Source: Tubiluchus corallicola
Taxonomy: Eukaryota > Animalia > Priapulida
Direction: 5' to 3'
Length of the DNA: 64,000 bases
NCBI GenBank assembly: GCA_030141605.1
Contig: JAQGDQ010000029.1
Location: forward strand, 248,001 to 312,000
Of this stretch, positions 1 through 12,972 are shown piece after piece. The notes below the pieces were generated by a model, which saw nothing but the letters and a program-made list of their open reading frames with translations, was not told the origin of the DNA and did not search any database. Position numbers and translations under genes: made by a program. How positions within the stretch are numbered: the first letter of the stretch is position 1; every line of letters begins with the position of its first letter.

Positions 1-389
1 CATTTATCAATAAAACAAAGAAACGGCGATAAACTCACGACAATATAATAGAATAAGGATTAGTGAGTGTTTTTTGCAGCAGCTACAGCATGTTTACATC
101 TGCAACAGTTAAAAAGAACAGAGAGCCTCTAAACAATTTTAGTCCTAAACCATTTTGCAAAGTCTACTGATCAAGCAACAACAAATTGCAAAAAATACTT
201 TTGTAACAAAACGCCACAAAAGTATGTTTGAATCTCCAAGCTTTTTGCAATGAAAACCCTTATACGTTCCCGCTCATATCTGATTTGTCTACTTACTTTT
301 GCCAGACTTTATTTCTGCTCATTTCCATGTTCGCTCAAAGCACAAGAAAATACTCTTCATAAATACTGCATAAAAATTCGTTTAAAAAT

Positions 390-3300
390 TTTCTATCTCT
401 TACATGCTGTCTTATTCCATAAAAGGTTCATGTTTGCAGTAACGTTGTATAAAACTTGTAAATTTACTCCTGCGATGACCGTTAGGTGCACCCATGTTAA
501 GTTGTTTTTAACAAATTTAGGTAACGCTGTGTTCGTAGTTAACGAGTGTAACGCGTACATTCGTAGCACACTCATCGCTAATTAAGCACTTTGTACATGT
601 ATTGTGAATAATATAAATAACAATAGCGATGTAATGCCGTTTTACCTGGTGGTGCGAATATTTTAAATTATTAAGATTTTTTCCAATATGTAAGTCTTTC
701 AAACAGGTACGCGTAATGCCAAGTAATATAATTTTGTATGGAAAGTTCTTTAGAATGTTTTTCAAAATTTCTTTCTCGTCTCCTTTCAGTCGCAGGCTTA
801 AACAGTTGTAGGCGTGACTGTAATCGTAGTTTCTCGTCTTTTCTACTTGCTTGCCTGTTTGCTTGCCGGTTTAATGTTTGTTTGCATACATTGCCCCATA
901 ACAACTTCAGTGTATTTCGTTTTTGTCAGCATGATTGCTACTAAATTGGTTTTCTGACATAGCAGTTTCTTAGCTTGGCTTCTTCGTCTTGTAAACTCTA
1001 GATTTAGTTTTTTTTGCATGTTTAAGTACTTGGCTTCTTTCTCTTTTTCACTATGATGTTTTCTTTGTCTACCCGTTTGCGAACGTATTAACTGAGTATA
1101 ATGGTTCTTCTCTTTCTTCTTGTCTCCATTTGTCCTGCAAACGGAGAGATAGGTAAAAATTTTGAGCTTTGTATGTATGTATATTTCTGTATCTGTATAA
1201 CTGTATTATTATTTGTATACGATGTTTTTGAATAAAAGGTTTATAATAATAATTTCTTCCTTTTTCGTTTATTCGTTTTCTTTAAACTAAATCAGTTTAT
1301 CCTCATTCCTTCACACTTGCATGACCATCTTCATAGGTACGGCAAATATCGCAAAACGTTCTGCAAAACTGAGCACATTAAAACCTGCAAAGTGAAAATC
1401 CAAAAAAAGAAACAGAAAATAAGGAAACCGTTTAACCGAGTTTTTTGTAACTTTGTAATGCATTAATGGAACTTGTACTAAGCAGTAAGCTTAGGAACAT
1501 ATCAATATAGTTTTTATAACACTCAGCGGGCGGATCTTTTGTAATAATTCCGCTTACTTCGTCTCTTCAGATTAAAACGTTACGTAAAACTGATACACCT
1601 GTGTCAGCTTCCTTATTCGCAACTTTGTTTGATCAGCTACTTCATTCAACGTATTATAAAATCAGCGAGGTTTTGTTAAATTATTAAATTTTATTCAGAC
1701 AGCGTAATTCATTCAGACAGTAATTGTATAAATGTGTATTGACCAAGTTAAAGTTGTTATTCATCGGCAACAACAACACAACTGATAATGTCGTCTTTGC
1801 GAGAGAAAGCAAATGTTTTACAACATTTACAATACCTCCACCACCTTTTACCCAACTTCTGAATGGCTTCAATTACTTAATTCTACTGACGAGAGTGTTT
1901 TAGTGAATTTTCACGCTTGGTTGAGCAGCTCGCTTTTTGTCGGCAAGTGCTCGTTTGCAGGTGACGCGTTTCGTCACTTTATAGAGCTGCGAATAATCAC
2001 TCTTGCGAGATGCGAATAATTTAAATTCAAATTTTGATTGGCAGCTGTGTGACTGGCAGTGATATGTGTAAAATTAACGGGATCTGGGAACTTTCTCAAC
2101 GATGTTTTCCCATGCGCGCAAGATATGCTTGCCAGAATGAATGTTAGTCAATCGGTTATTGCTTGAAAGTTGCATTTTACACAAGTTTCAGTAATTAATT
2201 TCTAACATTTTTTTCAAGACAGCTTTATTCTACAATACACCAAAAGACAATCTATCTAATTAATTTAGGCTTTACGGATAAACTTTCGGATAAACCACGT
2301 TCAAACTTCTATTAACACATCGGATAATTATACTATTTGAAAATATAGACCCACAACACGTTAAAATGTTCAAATTTCGTTAGCAGTATGAATAACCAAA
2401 CTTAAGTTCGCAAAAACAATCGCTTTATGCTCAGGAACCTTGAAAAATTCCAGATGTACGATACGTTGTTTATTTAACAATTGGTATAATTTGAATTCAG
2501 TGGGCAATAAGTTTTTATGTTGCTCTTTTATTGTTCTGCTCTATAACTACAGATTTTCTAAGGATACAAATCATTAAACTACAACAATAGGATATAATTA
2601 GCAGCTACTGTTAGCTCGGAAACGTTGTATGGTTGCCACACAAAAATGGTTGAACAGCCTATTGTTCTCCTAAAATTCAATATGAGTCAGCCATGGTGGA
2701 CAGTCTTTCCAGGAGAATACGTTGCAATTATACATCTTAATTTCGCAATGAAACAATGATATTATTAGAAACAATACTGCTGTTTACAAAGATAAATTAA
2801 TACATTTAACGTCTATATTTAGAAGAAATTCTTGTGTATCCTTTTTTGTTACATCAGCTGTGTATAATACGCAAAGAATACACAAAAAACATTTTTAAAC
2901 ACCAACTCATTAAATTTCGATACGCACCTATGTTAAATTTAGTTTATGAGAGTTTAAACGATACGAAAAGTATCGTTAATTGGCTCAAACAAATAGTCTC
3001 TCTGCAGATAACCTTGTACCCGTATTACTTTCTCCTTAAATCAGGACGTTTAGATGTGTGGCGACAACGTGCTATTCCTCCTTACGTGGGCCATGTAGGT
3101 CTAAACGCAGAACACGAAAGCAGCAACTAATGGCGCTATTAAATTCAATGAGAACTAGACGATAGAATTATTAATTTTTATCTTGTAACTTGAGCTAAAT
3201 ACTGGAAGGGTGTGCGTTAAACTTGATAGGTTTTAAGCAATAGCTTTGGGTTACAGAAAGAGAGAGAAACCCCATTCCATTGATTTTAAAACTGGTTACG

Positions 3301-4440
3301 TTACTTTAAAACCAAAAGGTAGTGTGAATCTTCTGAACACAGAATTTAGGCGCGACAGCAACCTGATAAACATTTTTACAGCTTGTAGGTAATAACTGTC
3401 TTCAAAAATTGTTTGAATTTTTAGATTTTGATAGCAAAGTGTCGAGCTTCAACAACTGCAACTGGTTTGGCATGCCTACAGTGCCGAAAAGTTCTTAAAA
3501 TGTTAAAGTTTTTAAAGTATAGACAAAAATATGGAATAACTTTCACAGAAAACTTAAAAGAGACTGTCATTCTAAGGCACTTCATAAATAAAGCTTAAAA
3601 AGTCGTTTTGGAATTTTATATCACTTACGTGCTGTCTTATTGCATATAAGGCTTGCGTTAGCAGTAACGCTTGTAAATTTAAACCTCGCGAGAACCGTTA
3701 GGCATTAGGTTTAAACCATTTAAACGGTGACGCGTTTGAAAGTAGTTTAGATAACATTGCGTAAAGTTTGAAAAAATAATCAGAACATTTCAGCACACTC
3801 TTGGTTTAATAAGCAAAAGTTTTGTCATCACCATCATATGCCCGTTGCGTCTGTTGTAGACACTTGGCAGGCAGAACTCTAAAATCAAAGTCTAAATTAC
3901 TTTATCATTTATTTTCTCACTTTTTAAAAATCTGAGTAGAATAAGTAATTAAGCGTACAAAGTACTATTTATGCGACTTAGTACATAATCTAATACTAAA
4001 TTTATTTTTAATAATATAATGTTTTTCGTCTAATACTCACCTAAAAACTTTATTGGGTCTGTAAACAAATTTGTGTCCTTAATAAGGGGCAGCTGAATAA
4101 GTGACCGACAGGTCTTTCACTGGTCCTTCTCAGATGCATTGAAATTGTCAAATAACCTTGTTAAGTTTTAACTATTATTGAGAAAATAAAGTTGAATTGA
4201 ATGAATATTTATAGTGTTAAATAAGATCAATAATGTGTTTTTGGTGAATCAGTGGTGCACATTGGGATGACGATGCACCGCCGTTTTACCAGGTGACGCC
4301 AATAAGAATTTTCTTTTCTAGGTACAAATTTCTATTCTTATCTATTTTTAAACAAATAAGCGTAATGCTAACTAATATAACACTGTACGAAAAGTTTTTT
4401 GGGAAACTCTAAAATTTCCTTTTCTTCACCTTTAACAATG
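390..4440. repeat. Two diverged copies of one dispersed element (about 390-790 and 3620-4440)
   Basis: Colinear shared blocks: TTAC.TGCTGTCTTATT.CAT (401/3625), GCAGTAACG..CTTGTAAATTT, ACCGTTAGG, GCCGTTTTACC.GGTG (636/4280), GCGTAATGC.AA.TAATATAA (711/4361); the second copy has about 430 extra bases. Confidence 0.75.
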
Positions 4441-4961
4441 GTTCTGTGCCTGATTTAGTCTAAACCAAAAAAATGTGAAACTGTAGATGTGCATCAGTTT
4501 TCAAATGCCTCTGATGTTAGCCTAAAAACGTGTTTAGTCGTTTTAAACACATGTGCATATAACTGTTTTGTTTGCTGGATGGATGTACCTTTTACACTGT
4601 AATATTCGTTTTACTTGCAGTGCAAATTTGTATCTTCTTGTACTTAAATGAAATGTAGGTGCAAAATTTTTGACTGGCTTATTTATTATAGGCTTACATT
4701 CATTTGCTAATAATTTGAAACTTAAATATTTCTAGTTTTGATGTTTTAAATTTGACTCAATTATAGAGAATTATGCAAATATTTTCATTTGAAAATCGTT
4801 GAGCATTTTGCTCTCGATTATTTAGGTGTAGAAGTAGAGCGTTTCACCACATGGTCCACATCTAGACATTGTGAACGAAGAACACGGACGTTAACAAAGA
4901 AAAAATTATTTCATGGTGCAATTCTTGAGTAAAAATTCGCAGATAGCAGTACTGTAATCTT

Positions 4962-5425
4962 CTTAGTTAAGTCTCAGTCAAAAACAAAATAAAGACTCTG
5001 CATAATTAGTATGCATTAAACTAACCTTAGTTTATTAAAATAATCAAGATGTTCTGTCACAAGGCACAGTCAAGTCAAGGCTCAGTTAAGTCTCAGTAAA
5101 AAACAAAATGAAGACTCAGCATAATTAGTATGTATTAAACTAACCTTAGTTTATTAAAATAATCAAGATGTTATGTCACAAGGCACAGTCAAGTCAAGGC
5201 TCAGTTAAGTCTCAGTAAAAAACAAAATGAAGACTCAGCATAATTAGTATATATTAAACTAACCTTAGTTTATTAAAATAATCAAGATGTTATGTCACAA
5301 GGCACAGTCAAGTCAAGGCTCAGTTAAGTCTCAGTAAAAAACAAAATGAAGACTCAGCATAATTAGTATATATTAAACTAACCTTAGTTTATTAAAATAA
5401 TCAAGATGTTCTGTCACAAGGCACA
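4962..5425. repeat. 119-bp tandem repeat, about 3.9 near-identical copies
   Basis: CTCAGTTAAGTCTCAG recurs at 5081, 5200 and 5319 (variant at 4962); whole units are nearly identical, with no spacers. Confidence 0.95.
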
Positions 5426-6644
5426 TGCTAGGAAGAAAGGGGCTGTTTTTGGAATAGCGCAACTGGATGGTACAACTGAAAAGCGCCTAAAGTTATTTGA
5501 TTATGCAAGAAATAGTTGCAATATTCGCCCACGCCGAAGCCGTTACAATTCAATGGCTCATAAACTATGAAGTAATTTATTGGTTTCATGTCTACAAATG
5601 GCGAAAAATTAGCTCTGTCAGCAAACATGGAAATAACACGCTTTCATATCAGCCGTTGCATCGCAAAGTTAATTAACTTAAAGATTTTACCCATGATCTG
5701 TAATTTAGGAAATAAACATTGAAAAAATTACGAAAAAATACAAAATAACGTGTAAACAATTCAGCACTTTTATAATCTTTTAAATTAGGCTTATGCAAGT
5801 TTTATAGCTTATTGTGCTAACACGCACCGAACGCCCTGTAATGTTTATAAATTATTACCGGGAAACAACTTATACGTTTCTACTGTTGGTATACATTACA
5901 TCATTTTTAATATAATGTAAAAACAAATAAATAAATAAATAAATTACAAGAAAAAGTTTGGATTTTGTTGATGAATTACTGTTATAAGAACTGCATACCT
6001 TCAAATGTTTGCCATTAGTATTTTTTTATTATTGCTATTTTATTACTATTACAGGTGTAAACCTTGTCTGACAAAAATGTTATATTCAAACTCTGGGTTA
6101 TACTCAAATGCCAAGGCATACTTACTTTATTCCCAATAATTACGCTACCAATATCTGCCAAAGTAAGAATAATGATAGCCAGACCTGCATGCAATGGCTC
6201 TGTGTATAGTAGATCTCGTGGGATTCTTAGGTAGGCTTATTACCATGTTTATGACCCTCAGTTGTATTATTGCAAGACAACTCTTTATAGCAAAGTTTAT
6301 CTTTAAATGCCAGGGTGGCTTGATTATTGTCAGGTTACGTGTTATAACTAGTCAGACAACGTGCATACAGCTTAAGCAAAAGTTTCGCAGCCTTCATTGT
6401 AATTATTGTTCACCTCTTTTCTCATTTCCTCTTTTGCTTAGCTGGTCTGCAGAGTGAGTTCCTGTTATTTTAACCGTCGTCTATTTCTATATTATGTACA
6501 ACCTTTGAGGTGATCTTGCATTTATACATAATTCCCATAGCTGGCTATGCAATTTTACACTTTTTCCCTTCTGTCATAATAAGAAAGGTGGGAATTTAAG
6601 AATTTATCTTTACGAGAAAACATGAAATAGTTTTAAGTCATGAA

Positions 6645-6755
6645 TGTATGTAGATACGTAGGCAAAAATGTAGGTAGGTAGGTAGGTAAGTAGGTAGGTA
6701 GGTAGGTAGATAGGTAGGTAGGTAGGTAGGTAGGTAGGTAGGTAGGTAGGTAGGT
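6645..6755. repeat. (GGTA)n microsatellite
   Basis: Directly visible; a related degenerate tract lies at 10060-10165. Confidence 0.95.
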
Positions 6756-6830
6756 GCGAAGTCTCTGCGCAGTCTCAGGTAGCGACATTGGCAGTTCCAA
6801 GCCAAGCCAAGTGAAAGTCATGAAAGGAGA

Positions 6831-7430
6831 TGGATAGCATTATTCACTTGCTTCACAACACGGGCGGTCCCCTTGGAAATTGTTCAGAATCAGCCAGTAA
6901 GTGCCACTGTTCAAGCAATAATCCGCTTCATTAACAGAAGAGGATGTCCAACAGTTATCCAGAGTGACAACGCTACATATTTCAACAAGAATGAAGCACT
7001 GCTGATGCAATATTTTGTAGAACAACAAATCCGCTGGAAATATATTCCCGAGAGGTCACAGGAGGTCGCCTTCAGTGGGTCGAAGGCCATGAAGAAAACT
7101 CTGTGGAAAGCTACATTAGACAACGATGGACTACAAGCCCTCATAACGCAGATTGAAAGTCTGATGAACACTAGGCCACTGCTTAACATTTCATTGAGTC
7201 CTGGAAGAACTTACAATGTTGACACCAGCTAACTTCATCACGCCTATGGGAAAACTAAGCATCTTTACATCGAACGAAGATGGTTTGGACCCAGAATATA
7301 CACCAGAGCAAGACCTACAGATGCACTGAAGGTCCAATGGCAGAAGGTCAACCGAAAGCTAGATCAGTTTTGGAGTGTATGGTATAAGCACTATCTACAC
7401 TCATTGAGATAAACTCATCAAGTGCACTTT
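6831..7430 (+). mobile_element. BEL/Pao LTR retrotransposon integrase relic
   Basis: WIALFTCFTTRAVPLE...RFINRRGCPTVIQSDNATYF...IESLMNTRPL, then after a frameshift FWSVWYKHYLHSLR* (DUF5641-like); internal deletion, frameshift and stops. Confidence 0.9.
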
Positions 7431-7599
7431 TGACGGAAAGTGCGGGAGGATGTCGATGTGAACGACCGAAAATCATAAAAAATACATTTATTTTGCAATT
7501 AGATCAATAACCTGTAAAACTGCTATTACTATAGTAAACATGGCTTCTATCTATCTGTTACCTATTCTAAAACTGGTTTTATCCTAATAATAAAAGTAA

Positions 7600-9140
7600 A
7601 TTCTACTGTTATACCTTTTGTCAACACGACAAAATTATTGTGGTAGTGCTTCGTTAAACTTGAGATCATTTGAAAGACACTGGCGTACATTCATTGCTGC
7701 CATATTAAATAGGTTCTAGGATGACTGGTATATCTCTATAGGGTCTTCTACATGTACAACTTCTAAAACGACATTGTCCACATACAGATTTTGTTGTTGT
7801 CCGTTTGTTAGTATTCCCGGATTTTGTTGTGTGTGATGTATTATCGATAACTAGTAGTAAAAATGGAGACGCATTTACACCAAATGGAAGTCTAGTAAAG
7901 CGATATACCTTGATGTTGTCACTGTGTCAGGCTGTGATGGATCTTTCAGCCATAGAAATCTAATAGTATCTCTGTCTGCTTCCATTAGTGAAACTTGACG
8001 ATTTCAAACAGGCGAGAACGTAGTAAAATTCCAACCAGATTAGCAAGTAGACATGGTCCAGCATTAATTAGGTCGTTCAAGCTTTGTTCTTGTTACTAGT
8101 GTCATACACGATGCGAACTTGAGTAGAAGTACGATTTTCGTTTATCACTGGAAAATGCGATATGTAGTGTATAAAGCGTCCTTGCTTGGTAAGCTGAGTA
8201 ACTGGCTCAAGTATTCCTTGATGAAGCTGGTTGTTGATAGTTTCATTGTGCGTAGCGTAGTGACGTGTTAGTGATCCATTAGGAGCTAACATCTTTAGTG
8301 TAGGCTCAAATCTTTTCTTTGCTACGTGATAGTTCAAAACCAATTGCTGTGTAGGATTTTTCCATGGAAAACCAACTTTGTAACGACCATGCTTGAACTC
8401 AATTGTTTCTCTAAATTTCTGGATAACTTCTTCATCCTTCTGTCACAACTCAGACTGTTTGTTTATTTCTACTTGTTGAGTCTGCAACGTCTTCTATAGC
8501 AGAACAGCATAATAAATCAGGCGTGAAAACTGGTCGAGTGCTAGAATCGTAATTCACTTCCGAACTTTTTCCCAAGCTTGTGCGTCTAGTGGAATTGGCT
8601 CTACTTGGAATGGAGGCGCTAGCTTTGGAATTGTATAAGCTTGAATCTGACGGCTAAAATCTTTAGGCCTCTATAGAATGAACTATACTTTACTAGAGTG
8701 TACTGCCTCTATTACAGCTGTGTTGAAGCGCGATGTTTCTAACTTGTATCTTCCCATGCGTAATAGATTAAGTCTAGAAGTCGTTTCGTGGCTGATACTT
8801 GAATGTTTGGCTCCAGCATCAACATAGACAAAATCTTCACGTGCCTCTTCGGTTTTCGGATTCACTGCTGTGCATGCAAACGCTGACATCACAATGCCTT
8901 CCTCTGCTGGATAGGTGACGTGGAAATTATGCTGCTTTGCTATGATTTCAGTGATGCTTGGATCTCTTTGTACAGCTAAATGTTATGGAGATAAAATCTT
9001 CTCTCGTTTCTCGCAGAGTGCTCAGTTGTGACTGGTACTTTTACAGTGGAAACATGGCTTCTCTGTCTGTTGCAGTCTTTCATTAAGTGTCGGATTTCAT
9101 TAATTTAAATTTCATGAAATGACCTACCAACCTGCTCTAG
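7600..9140 (-). mobile_element. BEL/Pao LTR retrotransposon gag-protease-RT relic
   Basis: Minus-strand motifs: KPCFHCKSTSHN (Gag knuckle, about 9060), FVYVDAGAKHSSIS (protease), HYISHFPVINENRTSTQVRIVYD, YRFTRLPFGVNASPFLL and NLYVDNV (RT); many frameshifts. Confidence 0.9.
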
Positions 9141-11932
9141 CCTTCAAACGCGCATGTTGCAGATGATACAAATTAATTAATGGCCGCATCTAATATCAAA
9201 ATCTAGAATATACTGTTAATGATCAAAATTGACACCTGGCTAAAGGCAAACAAATTAACACTCAGTTATCAAAAAACTAAGTTTATTCACTTTACCAATC
9301 ACAGAACAAATAATGGCGTAAATAATTTCCGAATTAAACTTAACAACTTCGATCAAATCAAATTAAATATTTAGGAATCCACATTGTTAAACATTGAATC
9401 CACATGACAAGTTAAACTTGGAACTCACACATTCAATACTTAACATATGAAATACGTAAAATTGCTGGCGTATTCTTTAAATTTAGACACTACTTAGATG
9501 TTCCAACACTCAAACTAGTATACTGGGGTCTAGTATTTCTTTTTTTAGAGTATGGAGTATAGAGTATAAGAATTTTAAAATACGTATGCTAAGCAAACAT
9601 GTTTACCCACTTTTGCTAGCTACAAGCGTAAAATTAATTTTTTACTTTCTTTCTTTGGTTCTAGGTCCTAATCATAATAATAATTTTAAATACTCAAAGT
9701 TTAACTTAATATATAAAGATGGTCACATTCGTCTCTTCTTTACCATTATTGAACATTGTTTTATTAGAAACTAACACATTTGTATGATAATTCAATCAAC
9801 AATCATCTTAAATGCTAAATCTGATGATTTTTAATTACTTGGTTTATACGCATTAATTAATTATATTAGTAACAATTGCGAGAGCCTGGCTGACCTCGAT
9901 AACGTTATAGTTCTTTCGCCACCCTTTCACCACTAATCAATAATTACTTTTGCACTTTGTAATATTATTGTATGTTGTACAGATTTATAAATCACTTGGC
10001 TATGTTGTTGCTATTTTAAAAATGTTGATAAACTAGTAAAAGTACTTACTTAAACTTACTTACTTAGGTAGGTAAGTAGCTACGCATGTAGGTATGTAAA
10101 TAAGTAGCTATGGAGGTAGTAGGCAGGTAAGTAGCTATGTCAGCTACGTAGGTAGGTAGTAGATAGAACGGTAGACCATGTAACATGGAACCCAAAAAAT
10201 GCTTTGCATAAGCTTGCAAGTACACAGTGAATGTACCAGTGAATTAGGCCCTACATGCATGTAGTTAAGAATATTTGAACGTTGTTATCCGAATGTTTTA
10301 TAACTGTACTGTCCGCTGAAAAAAATAAAAGCAAATTCAAAGCAGCAGCATTTGCTGTCTTTTATTTACCTATTAATCACATTACGCACGAAAATTTGCG
10401 TAAATAAATACGAGCAAATTCGAGTTATTAAAAACGCCTTGTTTTCTTTTTGCTGTAGTAGACTTACATATGCCAGTTTGCTGCACTAAAGTGTCTTCAA
10501 ATCAATAAGTGTAGCATAAATTGGATATGAGCTACATTAGGCGTTATTTCTGTTGACAGCGAGTCCGTTTTTTTACATGATAATAATAATAAAAATACAT
10601 GAATTGTTTTACTCTTATTTGTAACAGCATCGAACCTTGAGTTATTCCACTTGGTTAATAAAAATAAATTTCATTACTTTGTAAATAAATTAATATTAAT
10701 TTTTCGGAGCTAAAAGTCCAGGTTTTTTTGTTGCTATGTGACGTTATGGTAGCAACTTGGTCGTGACATGAATTATCTGAGTTACGTACGAATATTACAC
10801 AAGCTTGTAAGAGTTCTCGTAGCTGAAACTGATTTTTAAGTTGACTTTGAATATCTTTGATTCTCGTTTTTTGAGCTTAACTCCATACACCGCGCAGCCA
10901 TTTTTTACAAGTCGAACTGTCTTTGGAAAAAATGCTCACTCCTACAAATTCTGAAACTATAAAAGTAACCTCAAAATTTGGTATTCTGATCTTTTTTGGA
11001 CTTTTATCTGTGGAGTGCAAATAAACTGGTTTGAATAGAACAAAATGCAAGTATATTTTGCAGCTTCCCGCGAAATGTTGGCGCTGTGACGGCAACGTAA
11101 ATGCGCGTTAAAGATTTGATGCCTAGTCATTTGCGTGTAATAAAACTGTTTGCTCGCGTATATACTCAAACATCACTACAGGAATTTGATACATAATAAA
11201 AACTGCCATTAAGGGATTTTAAGCAGGCTGGGGGAATGCTAAGCAGAGGGCACGGGAGTTATTATCATGACGCATTGAAATTATTCATAATAATTACTAA
11301 TCAGCTATCATGTTGTAGTTGCACGTCATTAACACACACCATTGTCAACATCATCATCGCCGTTATTATCACCTTGATGATCATCATAACCACATCAGCA
11401 TTACCATCATCACTGTCATCTGCATTCATCGTCGCCACCACTACACCAACACCGTCACCATTACTCTCATTATCAACTGCAGTAACAAGTCATTAAATTA
11501 TTTATGGAATATAATTTGTTTGAAGCATTTCACTATGAATAACATTTTACATAATTGGTTTTAAAACATTTAAAAAGTATTAATTTTCGTTTGTATGTCA
11601 GTATGAGCAAAGAACGCAACATGAGACGCTTTTCATGTTCCACGAAAATGTATTTTGATTAACCAATAGTCAAGAACTACTGAACTTATGTAACACACAT
11701 TCTTCTAGTGATTCGTACTCGTTTTTATGCATTTTGTCTCCAGACACCTCTAACGAACCCGGAAGCTTCACAAAGGAAATTCATGTACTTGTTCGATTTT
11801 GGACTGTGAAACTTGCTTTTGAGTCATATTACTCAAAACACGGCCTAGCACTCACAAGAAAACACCAAAGAGCTTGATAATAAATAGAAAGGCAAGCGCC
11901 TAAGTTAATTTCAAAAACATCTTTCTTAAAAC

Positions 11933-11975
11933 AGTGACATTTCGGCCAGAGACCTTTTTGTCATCTTCAGACCAT
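11933..11975 (-). mobile_element. Degenerate Penelope-type terminal repeat with hammerhead remnant
   Basis: Minus strand GGU-CUGAAGA-UGACAAAAAGGUCUCUGGCC-GAAAUGUC-ACU; stem II and the palindrome are mutated. Confidence 0.45.
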
Positions 11976-12239
11976 GATAACTACTTATCGTCACATGAAA
12001 ATTCAAATAAGTGCATAAAATAAACAACCAGTAACAGTCACAACTGAAATAACTAGATAGTAACGACAAACGTGATGATGACGTAGAAAAAACAGATTAC
12101 ACACCTGGTGAACCAGTTGGTGAACTATTGGTCTAAGGACTTGCTGAGCTCAAGATCCTAGATTAGAAATAAAGTCAATACCGCCAATCCGAATTTAAGA
12201 TGGCAGGTCGAAAATGTGGTTCCTTCAATCGACGCTAAA

Positions 12240-12375
12240 TTAATGTAACGCGTCCACTTTCCTTCTGGGAGCCTGTGAGTTCGATGCAGCGACCGGGTTA
12301 TACCAAAGACTTTAAAAATGGTACCTGCTGCTGCCCTGTCTGGCGCATGGTATTTAGGGTAAAAGTGGGAGTAAA
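12240..12375 (+). mobile_element. tRNA-derived SINE fragment
   Basis: B-box-like GAGTTCGATGC followed by ATACCAAAGACTTTAAAAATGGTACCTGCTGCTGCCCTG, a block recalled from a widespread metazoan SINE family; family name not verified. Confidence 0.55.
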
Positions 12376-12854
12376 ATTGTATAGAAACGTCTGTAAGGCA
12401 GCAGAAATTGCGAATTGTGTTTTTACAATAATAAAATCATTGTAATAAAAGTATGTGAAGAGACACAATGATCCCTGACATTATACACATACTTATTTTA
12501 CATTGCACCCAAAATTTTGGTTGGTGTGTTCCCACCTCACGTTCAAGTGAGATCGCCATCATTGTTTTTATATGATAACTTTTGCTCAAAACAATTGCAA
12601 TAAAATGAATAGCTAACCATAGTAAAATAGCCAAAAGCAAAATACCAATGAATTTGGAATTGGTGCATCAACCGAATTTACACATAAGAAGCTGAAGATT
12701 GAAAACGACATTTACATTCATATAGAACATAATAAAACACGTTTATATCTGTTTTTATCTAAACTCTTAATCTTTAAGGCATATTGCTTGAAGACATTTC
12801 GCGTTTTTCTATTATACCATTCAACCAAAAGTTTGTTTGATTTGGACAAGATTA

Positions 12855-12972
12855 CTCTCAGTGGGTTAAATGTCTTGTTCAATAACTCAAACTGCACTTA
12901 ACATACTCACAGTTACTCCTACAGTACTTGTAGTCTCAAGAGCATAAGCCAGCGTGTTAGACCACTGCACAT
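12855..12972 (-). mobile_element. Degenerate tRNA/CORE-like SINE fragment
   Basis: Minus strand: A-box-like GTGCAGTGGTCTAACACGCTGG followed by CORE-like TTGAACAAGACATTTAACCC. Confidence 0.4.

Noticed and set aside
4962-5425. CRISPR-like array
   Set aside because: Units are contiguous near-identical 119-mers without unique spacers; eukaryotic context and no cas genes.
11236-11564. His-rich / Thr-rich ORFs
   Set aside because: Derived from a degenerate (CAT)n tract.
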